DNA of 63,554 bases, the filler included, from Diploschistes diacapsis (Eukaryota): NCBI GenBank assembly GCA_023645945.1. It is 26 parts of 26 records of this genome, joined end to end, with 100 filler letters (N's around TTAATTAATTAA, not from the genome) between each part and the next. Parts side by side here need not be neighbours in the genome. Positions count along the whole stretch, not along the records: positions 59,138 to 60,167 come from JALAIB010004237.1; positions 60,268 to 61,296 come from JALAIB010004238.1; positions 61,397 to 62,425 come from JALAIB010004239.1; positions 62,526 to 63,554 come from JALAIB010004240.1; 22 more parts are not named here. The stretch is one strand, 5' to 3'. The notes under the pieces were generated by a model. The model was not told the origin of the DNA. It was given only the letters and a program-made list of their open reading frames with translations, and did no database searches. The translations under genes and the position numbers were made by a program. Shown in pieces: positions 59,202 through 63,554 of this stretch (position 1 is its first letter; each line of letters opens with the position of its first letter).

Positions 59202-60148
59202 ACGTATATGCATAACAAGCGGACACTCATAGCGAACGAACATCCTTCTCGATTCGTACGAGTTGCAATTATATTTACGCAATTAATTCGTACGATAATT
59301 CATTATATTAATTATCAGTATCTTCTTTAGAAGCTATAGATTCTATTTTGCAAGTTCGCGTATTATACCCGGATTAATTATATTTGTTATAACGTCGTAC
59401 GCGCAATCCGATCTCTTTCGTACGACTTTTATTTTTAGATATATTAGTCTTTTCTATACGAATTTCGATTTTTAAAAACCATAATACGATTATTATTAAT
59501 ACGTTAAATAATTCTTTAATTCGTACGGGCGTTTTTTTATTCATTTATACGAGTTAATCAATATATAAACCAAAAACATTTTTTAATTGACCTATAAAAT
59601 CATAATTATTAAAATCGAGGTCAAGATATTTCGTACGGCAAATAAGATATTTAATAAACGAAAAAGGATTTCAAAAACGTACGTACGTGTTAAAGAATTA
59701 TTTAACGCATTAAAAGCAATCGCATTGTAATTTTTAAAAATCGAAATTCGTATTGAAAAAACTGATATATCTAAAAATAAAAGTCGTACGAAAGAAATCG
59801 GATTACGCGTACGACGTTATAATAAATATAATCAGTCCGGGTATAATGCGCGAACTTACGTAATAGAATCTATATGTAACAGCAGGGGTAGTGCCTAATA
59901 GGGTAGCGCTATCCCACTAAGCCAAAAGACTAACACAATGCTTTCAGGAACCCCGAAACACTGTTTCCCTATTACACTATATGTAGGTGCGTGGCTGTGG
60001 CAGCAGGGGGACCTGAACCCCAGGGCGCACCTTTGGGCGTTACACTATAGCTTCTGAGGAAGATACTCATAATTAATATAATAAATTATCGTACGAATCA
60101 AGAAGGGTGTCCGCTCGCTATGAGTGTCCGCTCGCTATACATATACGT
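59202..60148. mobile_element. Family B Fot1-like element made of two inverted right ends
   Basis: 59202-59519 is the reverse complement of ~59690-60148. Both arms carry the transposase C-terminal knuckle (RRYNKYNQSGYNARTY in the plus-strand arm), consistent with RIP-mutated RRCGKC...GHNARTC. Confidence 0.8.
59875..60044 (+). mobile_element. Family 1 solo LTR with TSD CTATA
   Basis: TGTAAC...GTTACA flanked by CTATA. The inverted arm at ~59335 shows the empty site with a single CTATA. Confidence 0.93.
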
Positions 60149-63100
60149 TGAATGGTTATAATAAAATNNNNNNNNNNNNNNNNNNNNNNNNNNNNNNNNN
60201 NNNNNNNNNNNTTAATTAATTAANNNNNNNNNNNNNNNNNNNNNNNNNNNNNNNNNNNNNNNNNNNNGATATATTATACGTAAAATAAATGGATTTCTCC
60301 GGTTTTAAATCTTTTACGTGAGCATTGTTTTCGACGGTATAATTCTTTAATTCTTCTTAAAATAAACGTATGATTCCTGTTTAAAAGGTTTCTTTTAGGG
60401 TAATTTTAATTTTAATATTTTTAATAATTTTAAGAGTCCATTCTCTTAATAGATTGATAGTTATTTTTTTTTAAAATCCTTGGCTTTCGGACGGCGGGAA
60501 CGCGGAAAAGATTTATCAAAATCTTTCCCGATATATTTCCGTTAGATAAAATTATCTGTACTTTCCGACCTATCTTTTTAGGTTTCTCGATATCTTTTAT
60601 AATGGTTTCCTATATATCCGGCTCTCGTCTTTCCGTATTATTAGGTATAGCAGGTTATGGGGCGATAATAGCGGGTCGTATATATTTTTCCTTTTTGGCG
60701 CTCTTATTTTGTGGAAGTTTTTGTTTTTCGATTGTTTTTTTTAATACGCGGCGACGTTCGTTAAATTTAGGATCTATAAGATTCCTTTTATCAAATATTT
60801 CTTTCTATTATTTAGGAGGACGATTTTTAATTATCGCATTCGTTTTATATATATTTTGATAATTGATCTCGTATGATTAACTCAGGCAGGCCGTCACTGA
60901 CACTGATAGTGTCAGTATTAGTGTTTTAGATTTTTTAGCTGCGGTGTCCGTGTCCGTGTTTTCACTGCAGTACAGTGTCCGTGTTAATATCCGTGTTTTA
61001 AAATTTTTTACTACGGTATCCGTATCCGTGTTTTTATTATGATATAATGTCCGTGTCCGTGTCGGTATCGAAAATTTTTTATTATAATATTCGTATTCGT
61101 GTATTTATCGAAACATTTTTAAATAACTTTTTTATTTTAATAATTCTAGAATTATCACGCTTATTTTTTACGCTTTTATTTTTTTTAAAAATTATACTGC
61201 GGTATTTCCGGAAATTTATTATAAATTATAGTGTCCGTGTTAATGTCAGTATTTTAAAAATTTTTACTGCGGTGTCCGTGTCCGTGTTTTTACTATNNNN
61301 NNNNNNNNNNNNNNNNNNNNNNNNNNNNNNNNNNNNNNNNTTAATTAATTAANNNNNNNNNNNNNNNNNNNNNNNNNNNNNNNNNNNNNNNNNNNNATAA
61401 TATAGAGGGTGATCCTGTATAATAGAAACGAAAATAATCGATTAAATTTAATAATGGTTTAGTTGAATTTCGATGGTTGACGAATGATCGAGTGGGTCTA
61501 GAAGTAATTCGGTTGGATCTCGATGATTATCGAAGATATCGAAATGATTTAGCGGCGATAGGTTCAATATCGATAATTATTGAAAGATCGAATCGGTCCA
61601 GCGGCGGTAAGGTTAAATATCGATTATTATCGATATCGAAATAATCGATAAAATTTAGCGTAGATTTAATTAAACTTCGATTATTAACGAGGAATTCGAC
61701 TGAATTCAACAGTATAAATAGCGGTACTGTTAGATATCGAAGATTGACGAAATAATCGAAAAGGTTTAGCGTGGTTTAATTAAATGTCGATCATTATCGG
61801 AGATATCGAGATAATTTAGCGTAATTCAGCTGATTCTCGATAATGGATAAGGTCGAAAGGGTCCAGCAGCGAAGATAGCGATTCTGTTGGGTTTCGAGGA
61901 TTAACAAGAGATTCTACTAGGTTCAGTAGAGAAGATAGCGGTTCTACTAGGTATCGAAGGTTGCTAAGGTGATTAATAGGGTTCAGCGTGGGTTTAATTA
62001 AACTTCGATATTGTCGAGAAAAGAAAAAAAGGGTTGTTTTTAGCCTGTATAGTGTTACGATCCAGGTCACCGAGTGGTCATCTGGTACGTCATAGCTAGT
62101 CGGGCGCTTCCCAGTCATTCCTTGTATATAGCTAACCACGGACATTAGGTCACGTGACTGACAGATATCCAGTAATAAACATCTGTTAGGGATAGATCTA
62201 TTTGGATAACTATCTGTTAGTAATAGTTTTATCGTAATAGCTCGGTTGTCGGCAATTAACTGTCGTTTTAGATTATATAAGAATATCGTTGTAGTTCTTT
62301 TAAATCGGGGCGTGTTTATTTTTATAAATATCTTTAGCGATTGTTCGAGATCAATCTATATTCGTTATTTTTTATTATTAGATAGTAATCTTTTTAGAGA
62401 TTAGTATAGATTTATACTCGATCTANNNNNNNNNNNNNNNNNNNNNNNNNNNNNNNNNNNNNNNNNNNNTTAATTAATTAANNNNNNNNNNNNNNNNNNN
62501 NNNNNNNNNNNNNNNNNNNNNNNNNTTTTTTAAATATCGGATATCTAGATCTTATACTGTTTGTCGATATTAATATATCCGATTATTATACCTAATCTTG
62601 TCCTATTTATTAACTTATCTTGTCGTCCAGATAATGATTTGGGATTCACGTAATTATAGTATCTTAATTTTTAAATACGGATCTTATTTATTAACGGCTT
62701 TTCGTTTAATTAATATTCGATAAACGTCGCGATTAAATCGTTTAATTTAGATCTTATTATTATCCTATTTCGGATGTAATATTAAGTTAATATTATTTCG
62801 TTTTAGAAAACGTATCCTTATTTCGTTTCTTTAAATATAACACGGATGTTTATTTCGGTAATTTATATAGATCTTTCGGCAGTGCCATTTTGGCTTAACG
62901 TGTATAGTACTATCGATTTTATCTAAATTCCTAAACTTCTCCCCCAATTCTCGATTATAAAGATTAATCCAAGTACATTATCGAGACGCATCGCTTCCAG
63001 TTACTTACCGCTTTAAAACTCTACATTCACTTTTTAGAATTATAGAATACGAACAGCATCTTTTCGAGTTTTATAAGAAATAGATCAGGTTCTTCGCGAG

Positions 63101-63180
63101 TAATTGTCGACAATTTCTATAAAGTATTAATTGTTGTTAAGTGACCTTAAGAAGGATTTATAGATGTCGATGCTTACTAA

Positions 63181-63554
63181 TGTTACGATCCAAGTACCAG
63201 ACTTGGCACGTCCCAGCTTTATATATAGATCAATCACGGGACCAGGGGTCACGTGATGCGCTCATTACTCGCGTTCATTCTTGTAAGCGGCGAGCGGGCT
63301 TTCGCTACCGCTCGATAATCGCGTTTATTCTTATAAGCGGCGAGCTTCGAAAATACCGCTCGCTAAACTTACGATAAACGGCGAGCGAGTTAATTATATA
63401 TAAATACGACTCTACCTTCGTAAAAGAGGGTATATTTATTTTTTATAAATATTCTTATTTATGTTCGTTATTTTTATCATTAAAAAGCCTTTTTTTTAAA
63501 GACAATCCAAGATCTATAATTGATTTATCTTCTTTTTCTATCATATTCCTCTTC
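63181..63554 (+). mobile_element. LTR family 2, 5' or solo LTR (truncated by the window end)
   Basis: Reverse complement of the 53966-54420 LTR, with no PPT upstream. Confidence 0.85.

Noticed and set aside
1037..62525. Regularly spaced TTAATTAATTAA units ~1.13 kb apart, resembling an array
   Set aside because: They are artificial contig linkers inside N runs. ORFs ending in X...LIN are artefacts, and neighbouring contigs are not biologically adjacent.

Overview
This window is not one locus. It is 26 assembly contigs from a filamentous ascomycete (Pezizomycotina; species cannot be determined), joined by artificial 100-nt N44-TTAATTAATTAA-N44 linkers. Twenty-four contigs of about 1.03 kb are AT-rich, RIP-mutated, nested transposon relics: Fot1/pogo-type DNA transposons, two hAT-like families, Copia and Gypsy/chromovirus LTR elements, and 170-bp solo LTRs with 5-bp target-site duplications. 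Two contigs of about 18.1 kb carry genes. Contig 3408-21548 has a 4-exon membrane-protein gene, RAD51, a decayed LTR-like relic, a Nudix-eIF2B fusion, an F-box-like pseudogene, an unusual tRNA-like fold, a conserved hypothetical gene and NUP120 (truncated by the contig end). Contig 32984-51121 has RPB12, TRP4, MRPL11, an NmrA-like pseudogene, a three-gene candidate polysaccharide cluster, a GH45 endoglucanase whose CBM1 is out of frame, and a GPI-anchored protein. The cluster is a non-canonical, virus-like chitin synthase, an intronless bacterial-type UDP-N-acetylhexosamine dehydrogenase and a secreted WSC/Ser-rich protein. The strongest leads are this candidate aminuronic-acid exopolysaccharide cluster, RIP-like rewriting of the WSC protein repeat, and a D-arm-less tRNA-like element enclosing a 144-nt insert at 15925-16135. 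All calls were read by eye; no database searches were run.
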